Shown in pieces: positions 9,346 through 19,883 of a stretch of 49,172 bases of DNA; the stretch's first letter is position 1; the number at the start of each line of letters is the position of its first letter. The notes beneath the pieces are model-generated. The model did not search any database, was not told the DNA's origin, and was given only the letters and a program-made list of their open reading frames with translations. The position numbers and the translations under genes were made by a program. The stretch comes from an uncultured Planctomycetales bacterium (lineage in GTDB: Bacteria > Omnitrophota > Gorgyraeia > Zapsychrales > JANLHA01), in assembly GCA_964450385.1 (NCBI GenBank), contig CAYVEC010000013.1, positions 1 through 49,172 on the forward strand, given 5' to 3'.

Positions 9346-10512
9346 CTACTTCAGGACCGCGCCCAATCGCTCGACGGCCTCGATGATCCGCTCTTTCGGC
9401 ACGGTCAGGGCCATGCGAATATAGCCCTCTCCCGCCTTGCCGAACCCGATCCCCGGCGTCATGACAATATTCGCCTGGTCCAAAAAGAACTTGGCCGCGG
9501 CCATCGAATCGTCCTGAAATTTTTTAGGCAGCCGCGCCCAGACATAAAATGCCGCCTTCGGGGGCGTGATCTTCCATCCGAAACAGCGCAGCCCGTTGAT
9601 CAACAGGTCCCGCCGCTCCTCGTAGAGCCTGCGGAGATCATCGATCTCTTCTTCCGGCGTCGCCAGGGCCGCGATCGCGGCGACCTGGATCGCCTGAAAG
9701 ATCCCAGAATCAAAATTTGATTTCACCTTGGCCAGGGCCGCGATCAGGGTCGGATTCCCGCAGGCCCAACCCACCCGCCAGCCCGTCATATTATAGGTCT
9801 TCGAAAAGGAATGGAATTCAATGGCCACATCCCGGGCCCCGTCGATCTCAAGGATCGAGAGCGGCCGCTCGTGGTCGTAATAGACCTCCGAATAGGCCAT
9901 ATCCGAGATCAAGACGATCCCCCGCTCACGCGCCAACGCGACCAAATCGGTATAGAACTCCCGTGTCGCCGTGGCCGCCGTCGGGTTGTTCGGATAATTC
10001 ACATACATAAATTTCGCGTCCTTGATCTCGGCGACGCGCTGAAGGTCCGGCAGAAAGCCCCGGCTCTCCTTGAGCGGGACCTCGACGATCCTCGCCCCGG
10101 CAAAGATCAACGAGGCCCTGTAGGCCGGATAGGCCGGGTCCGTTAAAATCACCTTGTCCCGGGGATTCACGATCCCGAGGGGTAAATGCGCCAATCCCTC
10201 CTTCGATCCGATCAGGGGATAGATCTCCGTCTCCGGCTTGAGAACGACCTGGAACCGCCGCTCGAACCATCGGGCGATCTCCTGCCGCAACGCCGGAAGC
10301 CCGGCATCAAAGGCATAATGATGATTCGCCGGATCCCCGACCGCCTGTTTCATCGCCTCAATAATATGAGGGAAGGTGCCCGTGTCAGGGTCTCCAATCC
10401 CCAAGTTAATGATATCGCGGCCTTCAGCAATCGCGGCCCGTTTCGCACGATCAATCTCGACAAAAAGATATGGCGGTATTTCCTGTAACCGATCCGAAAA
10501 CGCTATCTCCAC
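9346..10512 (-). CDS. dapL: LL-diaminopimelate aminotransferase (class I/II PLP aminotransferase)
   Basis: PPYLF, NLGIGDPD, NYPNNPT, SFSKTYNMTGWRVG (PLP Lys). Located in a dapA-dapB-dapF-lysA cluster with no dapD or dapE. Confidence 0.85.
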   Translation of the reverse strand: MEIAFSDRLQEIPPYLFVEIDRAKRAAIAEGRDIINLGIGDPDTGTFPHIIEAMKQAVGDPANHHYAFDAGLPALRQEIARWFERRFQVVLKPETEIYPLIGSKEGLAHLPLGIVNPRDKVILTDPAYPAYRASLIFAGARIVEVPLKESRGFLPDLQRVAEIKDAKFMYVNYPNNPTAATATREFYTDLVALARERGIVLISDMAYSEVYYDHERPLSILEIDGARDVAIEFHSFSKTYNMTGWRVGWACGNPTLIAALAKVKSNFDSGIFQAIQVAAIAALATPEEEIDDLRRLYEERRDLLINGLRCFGWKITPPKAAFYVWARLPKKFQDDSMAAAKFFLDQANIVMTPGIGFGKAGEGYIRMALTVPKERIIEAVERLGAVLK

Positions 10513-10568
10513 TCCCTGCTCCTTCGTTGATAAACCGCACGGTCGTTCCGTATGATGATATGATGTTT

Positions 10569-11288
10569 TTATTCAAGGCCCAGGACATCGGCCATGGTAT
10601 AAAACCCGCGCGGCTGCTTCATAACGAACTTTGCCGCGTGAAGGGCACCGCGCACAAAGATATCACGGCTCTTCGCGTGATGCTTGATGGTGATCACATC
10701 CTCGGGGCTATCGAAGACAACCTCATGATCCCCGATGATCTCCCCTTCGCGGATCGACTCAATATTCGAGACCCGTTTGTGCGACCCGGCCTGGATCAGC
10801 TCGGCCAATGTTTTTGCCGTCCCTGACGGCGCGTCTTTTTTCTGGGCGTGATGCGCCTCGCTCATTCGGACACGATAGGTATCCGGCGTGGCCTTCGCGA
10901 TGAGCGCCACGCTCTTAAAGAGCACATTGACGCCAACGGACATGTTCGAGGAACAGACAATCGCGATATCCGCCCCAGCCGCCTTGATGGTCTCCTGCTG
11001 GTCGGCCGCTAACCCGGTCGTCCCGATCACCATTTTGACCTTGTGCTCCCGACAAAATCGGAGGTGCTCCATGGTCGCCTGGGGGGTCGTAAAATCAATC
11101 AGGACATCACACCCCTCCAAGACCTCTAACGACGATGAGATCGGAACCGCATTGAGCGTGCTCCCGATCGTCGGATGGTCAGGGCGCTCGATCAGTGCCG
11201 AGAGCATAAAATCATCATCGGTGATCGACAGGACCACAATCCGCTGTCCCATCCGTCCCTGACACCCCGCAACAGCTAAATTGATCAT
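10569..11288 (-). CDS. dapB: 4-hydroxy-tetrahydrodipicolinate reductase
   Basis: GCQGRMG, DFTTP, VIGTTG, EAHHAQKKDAPSGTA. Confidence 0.97.
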   Translation of the reverse strand: MINLAVAGCQGRMGQRIVVLSITDDDFMLSALIERPDHPTIGSTLNAVPISSSLEVLEGCDVLIDFTTPQATMEHLRFCREHKVKMVIGTTGLAADQQETIKAAGADIAIVCSSNMSVGVNVLFKSVALIAKATPDTYRVRMSEAHHAQKKDAPSGTAKTLAELIQAGSHKRVSNIESIREGEIIGDHEVVFDSPEDVITIKHHAKSRDIFVRGALHAAKFVMKQPRGFYTMADVLGLE

Positions 11289-11307
11289 ATCCGCTTCTCT
11301 CCCTTCA

Positions 11308-12186
11308 TCATTTTAAGATCCCATATTTCTTAAGCGCGTCAGCCACCTTCTCCTTACTGGCCGATGCAATCCGGCACAACGGGAGACGCAGATCCCCAGA
11401 ACACAGTCCCAAAAGCTCCATGGCCTCTTTGACCGGGGCCGGATTCGTTTCAACAAACATCGCCTTCACCAACGGCAGCATCCGAAAATGCAGGGCCCGG
11501 GCCTGGGCAGCATCCCCAGACTCAAAAAGGGCCACCAGATCCGCGACATCCTTCGGGATAATATTGGCGACCACCGAAATCACGCCGACCCCGCCGATAC
11601 TCAAGAGCGGCAGCGTCAAGGCGTCGTCCCCCGAGAGCAGGATGAAGTCATCCGGGCAGAGGAGCCGAATCGTCTGCATCTGCTCAAGCGACCCTGCGGC
11701 CTCCTTGACCCCAATAATGTTTTTGCAATCCCTGGCGAGCCGGGCCATGGTAGCCGGTTCAATGTTACACCCGCACCGGCCAGGGATATTATAGAGAATG
11801 ATCGGGATCGCCACACTCTCGGCGATCGCCTGAAAATGCTGATAGATCCCTTCCTGGGTCGGACGGTTGTAATACGGCGTGACACTGAGCACCCCATCGG
11901 CACCGGCCTTGGCCGCGTGCTGTGTCAGGCGGATCGCCTCAGCCGTCGAATTCGATCCCGTGCCCGCAAGTACAGGAACACGCCCCGCGGCCGCCTCGAT
12001 ACAGATCTCAATCACCCGGTCATGCTCATCGTGCGAGAGGGTCGGCGACTCCCCAGTCGTGCCGCACGGAAGGATCGCGCTCGTCCCGTTCTGAATCTGG
12101 ATATCAACGAGCCGCCGAAGCGTCGGCTCATCGACCCGCCCGGCCTTAAACGGCGTCACAATCGCGACAATGGAACCCTTGAACAT
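11308..12186 (-). CDS. dapA: 4-hydroxy-tetrahydrodipicolinate synthase
   Basis: GTTGESPTL, TPYYNRP, LYNIPGR, GVKEA (Schiff-base Lys), NPAPVK. Confidence 0.98.
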   Translation of the reverse strand: MFKGSIVAIVTPFKAGRVDEPTLRRLVDIQIQNGTSAILPCGTTGESPTLSHDEHDRVIEICIEAAAGRVPVLAGTGSNSTAEAIRLTQHAAKAGADGVLSVTPYYNRPTQEGIYQHFQAIAESVAIPIILYNIPGRCGCNIEPATMARLARDCKNIIGVKEAAGSLEQMQTIRLLCPDDFILLSGDDALTLPLLSIGGVGVISVVANIIPKDVADLVALFESGDAAQARALHFRMLPLVKAMFVETNPAPVKEAMELLGLCSGDLRLPLCRIASASKEKVADALKKYGILK

Positions 12187-12199
12187 AGCCCCCCCCGTG

Positions 12200-13036
12200 T
12201 CATTTTTCTGGTGTATAAAAAAACTCGCCCTGAGCGATCCGCTTGGCTGGACCCTTAAGCCAAACGTTCATCAGCCCGTGATCGGTAATGTCGAACACGA
12301 CCTCCAGGATATCGCCGTTCCGCGTCCTCACACGCATCTTCGCCCCGCTCTCAAAACCCGCCGCGGGCTGCGACTGCAGATAGGCGATGACCGCGGATGC
12401 CACACTCCCGGTCCCGCAGGCCCGCGTCTCCGCTTCAACCCCACGCTCATACGTGCGGACCGCGACCAGACCATCGCCGACCGGCTCAATAAAATTCACA
12501 TTCGTCCCCCGGGGAGCGAACTTCTTATGAAACCGAATCATCCTCCCGATCGTCGCCACATCGATCGCCTCCAATCCGTTCACAAAGACAACCGTGTGAG
12601 GCACCCCGGTATCAATATAATGAACACGCAGCTTCCGCGTGTTCAGCATCAATGTCAGATTCGGACGATAATCCTTCGGATCGCTCAGGCGCACCGTGGC
12701 CTCCTCACCCTTGGCCTCGGCAAGGATCACCCCTGCGAGCGTCTCGATCCCAAAAAAAGCTTTCTTGGGCGACTTCTGCCCAACGATATACGCCGCCATA
12801 CAGCGGGCCCCGTTCCCGCACATCTCAGCCTCAGACCCGTCGGCATTGAAGATCCGCATCCGGTAATCCGACTTTCGGGAGGTCTCAAGGACAAGCAGTC
12901 CATCGGCCCCGATCCCGCCCGTGCGGTCACACACCCGACGGGCAAGCACCGCATAATCCATCCGCTTGATCGCGTCGATCACGATAAAATCATTACCAGC
13001 CCCTGTCATCTTCACAAACGGGATCCGTCTGTTCAT
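12200..13036 (-). CDS. dapF: Diaminopimelate epimerase
   Basis: KMTGAGNDF, EMCGNGARC, GVPH, RTYERGV, ACGTGS. Confidence 0.98.
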   Translation of the reverse strand: MNRRIPFVKMTGAGNDFIVIDAIKRMDYAVLARRVCDRTGGIGADGLLVLETSRKSDYRMRIFNADGSEAEMCGNGARCMAAYIVGQKSPKKAFFGIETLAGVILAEAKGEEATVRLSDPKDYRPNLTLMLNTRKLRVHYIDTGVPHTVVFVNGLEAIDVATIGRMIRFHKKFAPRGTNVNFIEPVGDGLVAVRTYERGVEAETRACGTGSVASAVIAYLQSQPAAGFESGAKMRVRTRNGDILEVVFDITDHGLMNVWLKGPAKRIAQGEFFYTPEK

Positions 13037-13040
13037 TCTC

Positions 13041-14303
13041 TCACCTCACGCAATCCGCGATCCGTTCACCGCGGATCAGATCGTTAAACATCTCACGCCG
13101 CCGCACGATCTCATACCTCGCCCCCTTGACCAAGACCTCAGGGGCCCGTCCGCGGACATTATAGTTGCTCGCCATAACATGGCCATAGGCCCCGGCGCTC
13201 ATGATCGCAAGAAGGTCCCCGGACTCCACCACCGGCATGAGCCGGTGTTTCGCAAAGACATCGCCGCTCTCGCAGATCGGACCCACCACATCGACCTCAA
13301 CCGATTCTCCCGAGCGTGGCGTGACCGGGACGATCTCATGATGGGCATCATAGAGCGATGGCCGCGCCAGGTCGTTCATCCCGGCGTCGACAATAATAAA
13401 TTTCTTGACCCCGTTATCTTTTAAATACAGGGTCCGCGTCACAAAGATCCCGGAATTGCCCGAAATGAACCGCCCGGGCTCCATAATGATCCTCAACCCT
13501 GTCTTCTTGAGCAGCGGGACAAGGGCGTCAGCGAAGACTGAAATCTCGTCGACCGGCTGATCATGGTGATACTGAATCCCGAAACCTCCGCCCATGTTAA
13601 AATATTTCAAGGCAACCCCATGACGCGCCATCTCGGAGACAAAGGCCGTGACCGCCGCAATCGCGGTCACATACGGCTCAACCGTCGTGATCTGCGATCC
13701 GATATGCATATGGACGCCAGTCATCCGGACGTTAGGGAACCTCTCCGGATGCGTCATGATCTCGCCGGCCGTCGCGAGGTCGATGCCGAATTTTTTCCTT
13801 AAGGTACCGGTGACGATCTTATCGTGAGTCGAGGCCGCCACATCGGGATTGATGCGAAGCGCGACCTCAGCGGTCTTCCCCATCGTGCCGGCGAGGCGAT
13901 CGATCTCAGCAAGCTCGGCGAGTGACTCGACATTAAAAAATAGGATTCCGGCCTTCAAGGCCGCCCGGATCTCCTCCTCCGTCTTTCCCACCGAGGCGAA
14001 CACAATCGTTCGCGGATCCGCCCCGGCCTTCAGGGCCTTGCGGAGCTCGCCGGCGGAGACAATGTCGAACCCGACCTCCTGCCGCGCGAGGAGCCGGATG
14101 ACCGAGAGATTGCTGTTGGACTTCAACGCGAAACAAACGAGCGGTTTCACCGGAGCGAACGCCGACGCGATCTTCCGGTACTGATCGACAAAGGCCTGAT
14201 AACTGTAAATATAGCACGGTGTCCCGGTCTCCTTGATGATCCGTGAGACCCGCACCTTCTCACAATAGAGCTCGCCGTTCTTATAACTAAAATGCGACAT
14301 CAT
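13041..14303 (-). CDS. lysA: Diaminopimelate decarboxylase
   Basis: FALKSN (PLP Lys), KFGI, HMHIGSQI, EPGR, GPICESGD, GAYG..MASNYN. Confidence 0.97.
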   Translation of the reverse strand: MMSHFSYKNGELYCEKVRVSRIIKETGTPCYIYSYQAFVDQYRKIASAFAPVKPLVCFALKSNSNLSVIRLLARQEVGFDIVSAGELRKALKAGADPRTIVFASVGKTEEEIRAALKAGILFFNVESLAELAEIDRLAGTMGKTAEVALRINPDVAASTHDKIVTGTLRKKFGIDLATAGEIMTHPERFPNVRMTGVHMHIGSQITTVEPYVTAIAAVTAFVSEMARHGVALKYFNMGGGFGIQYHHDQPVDEISVFADALVPLLKKTGLRIIMEPGRFISGNSGIFVTRTLYLKDNGVKKFIIVDAGMNDLARPSLYDAHHEIVPVTPRSGESVEVDVVGPICESGDVFAKHRLMPVVESGDLLAIMSAGAYGHVMASNYNVRGRAPEVLVKGARYEIVRRREMFNDLIRGERIADCVR

Positions 14304-14318
14304 CGCGCCACCCCCGTC

Positions 14319-15665
14319 TTAACCACGTGTCCCTTTCCGTTGAGAGCGCTTCGCCACGACCGAACGCCGAGGATCAATAATCTGCCGCACGGCCTTGCGC
14401 GTCAATAACGCATGGACCGAGCTCAGGGCCGAATCGGTCATGTCCACGATTGCTGTCCCCGACGTCAGCTTCAGCCGGACCAGCTTCCCGATACAGGCAT
14501 GGGCCTCTTTAAAGGCGACCCCGCGCTCCACCAAATAATCAGCAAGGTCCGTGGCATAAAGGCTCTCATCATCCAGCTGGGCCGCGAGCCGCTCTGGATT
14601 GAACTGGACATGTTTCAACAGCTCCGCCAAGATCTCAAGTGAATCCTGAATGATAAAGAACGAATCAAAGAGCGGCTCTTTATCATGCTGCATATCGCGA
14701 TTATAGGACAGCGGGAGGCCTTTCATCATGACCAGGACGTTCACCAGATTCCCATAAAGACGGCCGGTGTACCCGCGGACGAGCTCGAGGACATCCGGAT
14801 TCTTCTTTTGCGGCATCAAGGAACTCCCCGTGCAAAAGGCGTCATCGATATCAATAAAATGAAATTCCGTGCTCGCCCAAAGGATCATGTCCTCACAGAA
14901 ACGCGAGAGGTGCATCCCGATCGTCGCCAACGCGCTCAGTGTTTCAACAACAAAATCCCGGTCTGAAACAGTCGCAAGTGTGTTATCCGGCGGAGTGATC
15001 GGCTTCGGGATCCCGTCCTTGGCAGGAAGTTGATAATATTTCGCCGGGATCATCGTGCCAGCCAATGCCCCAGAACCAAGGGTCAACTCAATGCCATTAT
15101 ACGCATTCAAGAGCCGCATCTCATCACGCTCAAGCATCGTCGCATAAGCCTCAAGGACATCCTGGACCGCGACCGGCATGGCATGCTGAAGATGAGTATA
15201 TCCCGGCATGATGAGATCCTTATTCTCCGCCCCCTTCTCCTGAAGGGCCGTGATCAGCCGGCTCAGGTATCGCTCAGTCTGCAGGAGATGAATAACGCAA
15301 AAGAGTTTTGTGTCAAAAAGGACCTGATCATTCCGGGACCGACAGGTATGGAGCTTCGCGGCGACCGGACCGACCTTCGGATCTTTTTCCAATAAATGTT
15401 GGATATACGAATGGATGTCCTCAAAACGCGGGTCCGCCTTAAACGACCCCTCGTGGATGCTCGTCACGATCTTCTTAAGACCCTTCTGGAGCTTTTGGTA
15501 CTCGCCGGCCGTGAGGAGCCGCGCCTTTTTCAGGATCTCAATATGTTTTAATGACCCCATGCAATCATATTCAGCCAAGATACAGTCGAAGTGGATCGAT
15601 CCGGAAAACTCTTCGACGAGCTGATGGGTCTTCTGACTAAAGCGCCCGCCCCAAAGTTTGCTCAT
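14319..15665 (-). CDS. argH: Argininosuccinate lyase
   Basis: KLWGGRF, RSRNDQV, MPGYTHLQHA, GSSLMPQKKNPD. Confidence 0.98.
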   Translation of the reverse strand: MSKLWGGRFSQKTHQLVEEFSGSIHFDCILAEYDCMGSLKHIEILKKARLLTAGEYQKLQKGLKKIVTSIHEGSFKADPRFEDIHSYIQHLLEKDPKVGPVAAKLHTCRSRNDQVLFDTKLFCVIHLLQTERYLSRLITALQEKGAENKDLIMPGYTHLQHAMPVAVQDVLEAYATMLERDEMRLLNAYNGIELTLGSGALAGTMIPAKYYQLPAKDGIPKPITPPDNTLATVSDRDFVVETLSALATIGMHLSRFCEDMILWASTEFHFIDIDDAFCTGSSLMPQKKNPDVLELVRGYTGRLYGNLVNVLVMMKGLPLSYNRDMQHDKEPLFDSFFIIQDSLEILAELLKHVQFNPERLAAQLDDESLYATDLADYLVERGVAFKEAHACIGKLVRLKLTSGTAIVDMTDSALSSVHALLTRKAVRQIIDPRRSVVAKRSQRKGTRG

Positions 15666-15707
15666 AATCTTTTGCTCCTTGCTGTTAGCCGCAAGACCCG
15701 CAGCGGC

Positions 15708-16886
15708 TCATTCCTGAAAGGGCATGGCCCAGAGAGTGTTGAACCCTTCGGCCTTGCTCTGATCAAAGCGATCCCCGGCGCTATACGTAGCCATGGCCTT
15801 TTTATAGCGGGAATATTTTGATTTCCGGCCGACCACCATACAGCTCCCCTTGAACAGACGCACCCGGACCACCCCGGTCGTGCGCTCATGGATCGCGTTC
15901 ACATAGGCGTCCATCTGTTTTTTGAGGGGCGTCTCCCAGAGCCCATTATAGGTGAGCTCGGCATACTTATGCGCCATCCGCGTCTTATGCTGCATAGTAT
16001 CACGGTCTAAAATCAAGGCTTCAAGTTCCGAAAGGGCCGCATGCAAGATCGTGCCCGCGGGATTCTCATAGACCTCGCGCGACTTGATCCCGACGAGCCG
16101 GTTCTCGATCATATCAACCCGGCCGACCCCATGGAGCCCCCCGATTCTATTGAGCTCCTCGATGAGCGCGACGGGCTTAAATGATTTACCATCGATCCTT
16201 TTCGGGATCCCACATTCAAATTCAATCTCGACATACACCGGGGTGTTCGGCGCTTTCACAGGATCCGACGTCAGGGTGAAGACCTCCTCGGGCGGCTCGA
16301 TCCATGGGTCTTCCAGGACACCGCACTCGATCGCCTTACCATAGACATTCGTATCGATGCTATAAGGACTCTTCTTTGTCACCGCGACCGGGATATTCCG
16401 GCTCCGGGCGTACTCGATCTCCTCTTCGCGCGTCTTGAATTCCCATATCCGGACCGGCGCAATGATCTCCATCTCAGGGGCCATCAGGCGAAATGTCGTC
16501 TCAAACCGCACCTGGTCATTGCCCTTGCCCGTACAGCCATGAACAAGACCGTCGGCCTGTTCCTCTTTCGCGATCCGGACCTGATGCTTCGCAATGAGCG
16601 GCCGTGATAAAGCGCAGGCGAGAACATATTTGCCCTGATACAACGCCCCGGCCTTCAACGCTGGAAAAACATACTCGCGGATGAATTCATCCTGGAGGTT
16701 CAGGCAATAGACCTTGCTCGCCCCGGACCGAAGGGCCTTTTTCTTGACCTCCGCAAAATCATCGCCCTGCCCCACATCCGCGCAGAACGCGATCGTCTCA
16801 TAATCCCGATCCTTCAGCCATGAAATGATACAGGACGTGTCTAACCCGCCCGAATACGCCAGCACGACTCGTTGTGACTTCTTCAT
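15708..16886 (-). CDS. argG: Argininosuccinate synthase
   Basis: VLAYSGGLDTS, LSRPLIAK, HGCTGKGNDQVRF, NRLVGIKSREVYE. Confidence 0.98.
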   Translation of the reverse strand: MKKSQRVVLAYSGGLDTSCIISWLKDRDYETIAFCADVGQGDDFAEVKKKALRSGASKVYCLNLQDEFIREYVFPALKAGALYQGKYVLACALSRPLIAKHQVRIAKEEQADGLVHGCTGKGNDQVRFETTFRLMAPEMEIIAPVRIWEFKTREEEIEYARSRNIPVAVTKKSPYSIDTNVYGKAIECGVLEDPWIEPPEEVFTLTSDPVKAPNTPVYVEIEFECGIPKRIDGKSFKPVALIEELNRIGGLHGVGRVDMIENRLVGIKSREVYENPAGTILHAALSELEALILDRDTMQHKTRMAHKYAELTYNGLWETPLKKQMDAYVNAIHERTTGVVRVRLFKGSCMVVGRKSKYSRYKKAMATYSAGDRFDQSKAEGFNTLWAMPFQE

Positions 16887-17818
16887 GTCTCATCCGTTTC
16901 TTTATCGCGTAATAGAAAGATCAAAATGGCCTTCTCCGCGTGCATGCGGTTCTCGGCCTGATCAAAGACAACCGAATGCGGTCCATCGATCACCCCGGCG
17001 GTGACCTCCTCGCCGCGATGGGCCGGCAGACAATGCAGGAAAAGATAGTCCGCCGCTGCACGGGCCGTCAAGGCCTCATTGATCTGATACCCCTGAAAAT
17101 CCTTAAGCCGCTTCGCGGTCTCTTCCTCCTGACCCATGCTCGTCCAAACATCGGCATAGACCACTTGCGCCTTCTCGATCGCCACCTGAGGCGACGTGGT
17201 CGTACGGATCCGTGACCCGCTCGCAGCGGCATAACGGCCCGCGGCCTTCAGGACCTCGGCATTAACCTCATAACCTGAAGGGGTCGCGATGTTCATATGG
17301 ATCCCAAGCTTTGCACAGATGAGCAACAGGGAATGACAGACATTGTTCCCATCGCCAATATACGCGACCGTGAGGTCTGTCAGATCCTCAAAATGCTCCT
17401 GGACCGTCAAAATATCGGCAAACGCCTGACACGGATGGTACAGATCAGACAACCCATTGATGACCGGGACCGTGGCATAGGTCCCAAGATCAACGACATC
17501 CTGGTGAAAGAACGTACGCGCCACAATGCAGTCCAGATACCGTGACAGGGTCTTGGCAACATCCTCGGTGCTCTCACGCTTGCCTAGATTGATCTCCTGG
17601 GGGCCGAGATAAATACAATGCCCGCCGAGCTGATAGGTCGCGACCTCAAAAGAGACCCGGGTACGGTTCGAGGGCTTCTGAAACACAAGCCCGACGGTCT
17701 TTCCGGCCAGATGGTCCGTCTTAAGCCCCTTGTCTTTTTTCAATTTCCTCGCCATCGTCAAGATCTCGCGGATCTCCTCGGATGTCAAGTCATGCATGCT
17801 AATCAGGTCTCGTTTCAT
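16883..17818 (-). CDS. argF: Ornithine carbamoyltransferase
   Basis: FQKPSNRTR (variant of STRT), HPCQ, DVWTSMG, HCLP, DQAENR. Confidence 0.95.
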   Translation of the reverse strand: MKRDLISMHDLTSEEIREILTMARKLKKDKGLKTDHLAGKTVGLVFQKPSNRTRVSFEVATYQLGGHCIYLGPQEINLGKRESTEDVAKTLSRYLDCIVARTFFHQDVVDLGTYATVPVINGLSDLYHPCQAFADILTVQEHFEDLTDLTVAYIGDGNNVCHSLLLICAKLGIHMNIATPSGYEVNAEVLKAAGRYAAASGSRIRTTTSPQVAIEKAQVVYADVWTSMGQEEETAKRLKDFQGYQINEALTARAAADYLFLHCLPAHRGEEVTAGVIDGPHSVVFDQAENRMHAEKAILIFLLRDKETDET

Positions 17819-19008
17819 GATCCGTGCCCCGCTACTTTCGTCATAGCCTCGTCGATGATGCCCAAGGCCTTATCCATTTGTTTTTTCGTTACCGTTAACG
17901 CCGGCATAATCCTGAGGACATTCCCCTGCGTACAATTGATGATGAGCCCCTGCCGGAGGCACTCCTCAACAATCCCGGCACCCGGCATCGTGAGCTCGAT
18001 CCCGATCATCAGACCCAGGCCCCGGACCTCACGAATGCACCCATGGCGGGCCTTCATCTTTAAAAAACATTCCATCGCGTAGGCCCCCATCCGTCGGGTA
18101 TTATCCAAAAGATGCTGGCCGTCCACGGCCTTAAAGACCCCAAGCGCCGCCTTGCAGACCAAAGGACTCCCGGCAAAGGTCGAGGCATGCATCCCGGGCT
18201 TGAGGCTATCGGCAAAGGCACGCTTGACAACCATAGCGCCGATCGGCAAGCCTCCGCCCAAGGCCTTGGCCAGGGTCATCACATCCGGCTCGATCCCATA
18301 ATGCTTAAAGGCGAACATCTCACCGGTTCGGCCGATGCCCGTCTGGACCTCGTCGACAATGAGGAGGACGTTCCGCTCGGAACAGAGACGGCGCAGGCCC
18401 TGAACATATTGGGGATCCGCGACATGGACCCCGCCCTCACCCTGAACAAGCTCCAACATCACAGCGATCGTCTTATCGGTCATTCCCCTTTCAACCGCGG
18501 CGAGGTCATTAAAAGGGACATATCGAAATCCCCCCGGGAGCGGCTCGAACCCGGTTCGGTATTTCTCCTGCCCCGTTGCGCTCAGGGCCCCGAGCGTCCG
18601 GCCGTGAAAGGAATGGAGCATACTGATGATCTCATACCGTGAGCCGGCGCCATAGGCGCGGGCGAGCTTGATCGCGGCCTCCGAGGCCTCGGCCCCGCTG
18701 TTACAAAAAAAGACCTTGCCGTCAAAAGCCCGATGGACGATCTCGCGCGCGAGCTTGGCCTGATGGGGATGATAAAAGGTGTTCGGAATATGGATCAGCT
18801 TGCCGATCTGGTCGCGGACCGCGGCCATGACCTTCGGGTGGCAGTGACCGACGTTATTGACCCCCCACCCCGGAAAAAAATCAAGATACCGCCGGCCCTG
18901 AATATCGGTGACATCCATCCCCTTCGCCTTGACGAAAATCAACGGGGTGCGTGTATAGGTGTTCACAATGAACTGCTGATAGGCATCAAAGATCTCTTGC
19001 TGTTTCAT
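17815..19008 (-). CDS. argD: Acetylornithine aminotransferase
   Basis: FCNSGAEA, SFHGRT, DEVQTG, TLAKALGGG; arg operon context. Confidence 0.95.
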   Translation of the reverse strand: MKQQEIFDAYQQFIVNTYTRTPLIFVKAKGMDVTDIQGRRYLDFFPGWGVNNVGHCHPKVMAAVRDQIGKLIHIPNTFYHPHQAKLAREIVHRAFDGKVFFCNSGAEASEAAIKLARAYGAGSRYEIISMLHSFHGRTLGALSATGQEKYRTGFEPLPGGFRYVPFNDLAAVERGMTDKTIAVMLELVQGEGGVHVADPQYVQGLRRLCSERNVLLIVDEVQTGIGRTGEMFAFKHYGIEPDVMTLAKALGGGLPIGAMVVKRAFADSLKPGMHASTFAGSPLVCKAALGVFKAVDGQHLLDNTRRMGAYAMECFLKMKARHGCIREVRGLGLMIGIELTMPGAGIVEECLRQGLIINCTQGNVLRIMPALTVTKKQMDKALGIIDEAMTKVAGHGS

Positions 19009-19025
19009 CGCCCGATGGGAAACCC

Positions 19026-19883
19026 CTATCCTTCCGTTAAAAATTGTGTCCCGATCCCTTTGTCCGTAAAGATCTCAAGCAGGAGCGAATGCGCGAGCTG
19101 GGCATTCACGATATGCGCCTTGTGGACCCCGCCCGCCAAGGCCTCGACACACGCCTGGACCTTGGGGATCATCCCTCCGGAGATCACACCCTCTCGTATG
19201 AGGGCCTTCACCTGGTCCACCGTCATCGAGGAGATGAGCGAATCCGGATCCGCCGGATCCCTGAGCACGCCCCGGACATTGCTTAAAAATACGAGCTTCT
19301 CGGCCTTCAGCGATGTCGCAATCGCGCTCGCCACCTCATCAGCGTTCACATTGTGCGGCTGCCGTTCGACACCCACACCCATCGGGGCAACAACCGTAAT
19401 ATGACCTTCCTTCAAATGCGCCTCGATCGCGGCTCGGTCAATGCGTGTAATGGTTCCGACAAAGCCGAGATCCTGCGCCGCCTTCTTTTTTTCCACATGA
19501 ACGATATTCTGATGGCCGTGCAGGCCCGTGACATCCCCGCGCAACGCCCTGATCTCATCAACAATGCGGCTGTTAAGCTTCCCGAGCTCTTCCCCGACGA
19601 TCGCAAGCGTGGCCTCATCGGTCACCCGGATGCCGTCGTGGAACCGCGGCTCGATCCCGCTCGCCTTCAACCGCTGGCTGATCTGAGGACCGCCCCCATG
19701 AACAAGGATCGTTCGGATCCCGACATAGCTTAAAAAAACGATGTCCTCAAGGACATTCTTCCGGATCGTGGCATCCTCAAGGATGCTCCCTCCGTATTTA
19801 ATGACGAACACCTTCCGCCGGAAGGCATGAATATACGGGATCGCCTCAACGAGGACACTAGCTTTTCGGATCGAGGTTTCCAT
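19026..19883 (-). CDS. argB: Acetylglutamate kinase
   Basis: VIKYGGS, HGGGP, NVNAD, GGMIPK, LEIFT..GIGT. Confidence 0.97.
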   Translation of the reverse strand: METSIRKASVLVEAIPYIHAFRRKVFVIKYGGSILEDATIRKNVLEDIVFLSYVGIRTILVHGGGPQISQRLKASGIEPRFHDGIRVTDEATLAIVGEELGKLNSRIVDEIRALRGDVTGLHGHQNIVHVEKKKAAQDLGFVGTITRIDRAAIEAHLKEGHITVVAPMGVGVERQPHNVNADEVASAIATSLKAEKLVFLSNVRGVLRDPADPDSLISSMTVDQVKALIREGVISGGMIPKVQACVEALAGGVHKAHIVNAQLAHSLLLEIFTDKGIGTQFLTEG

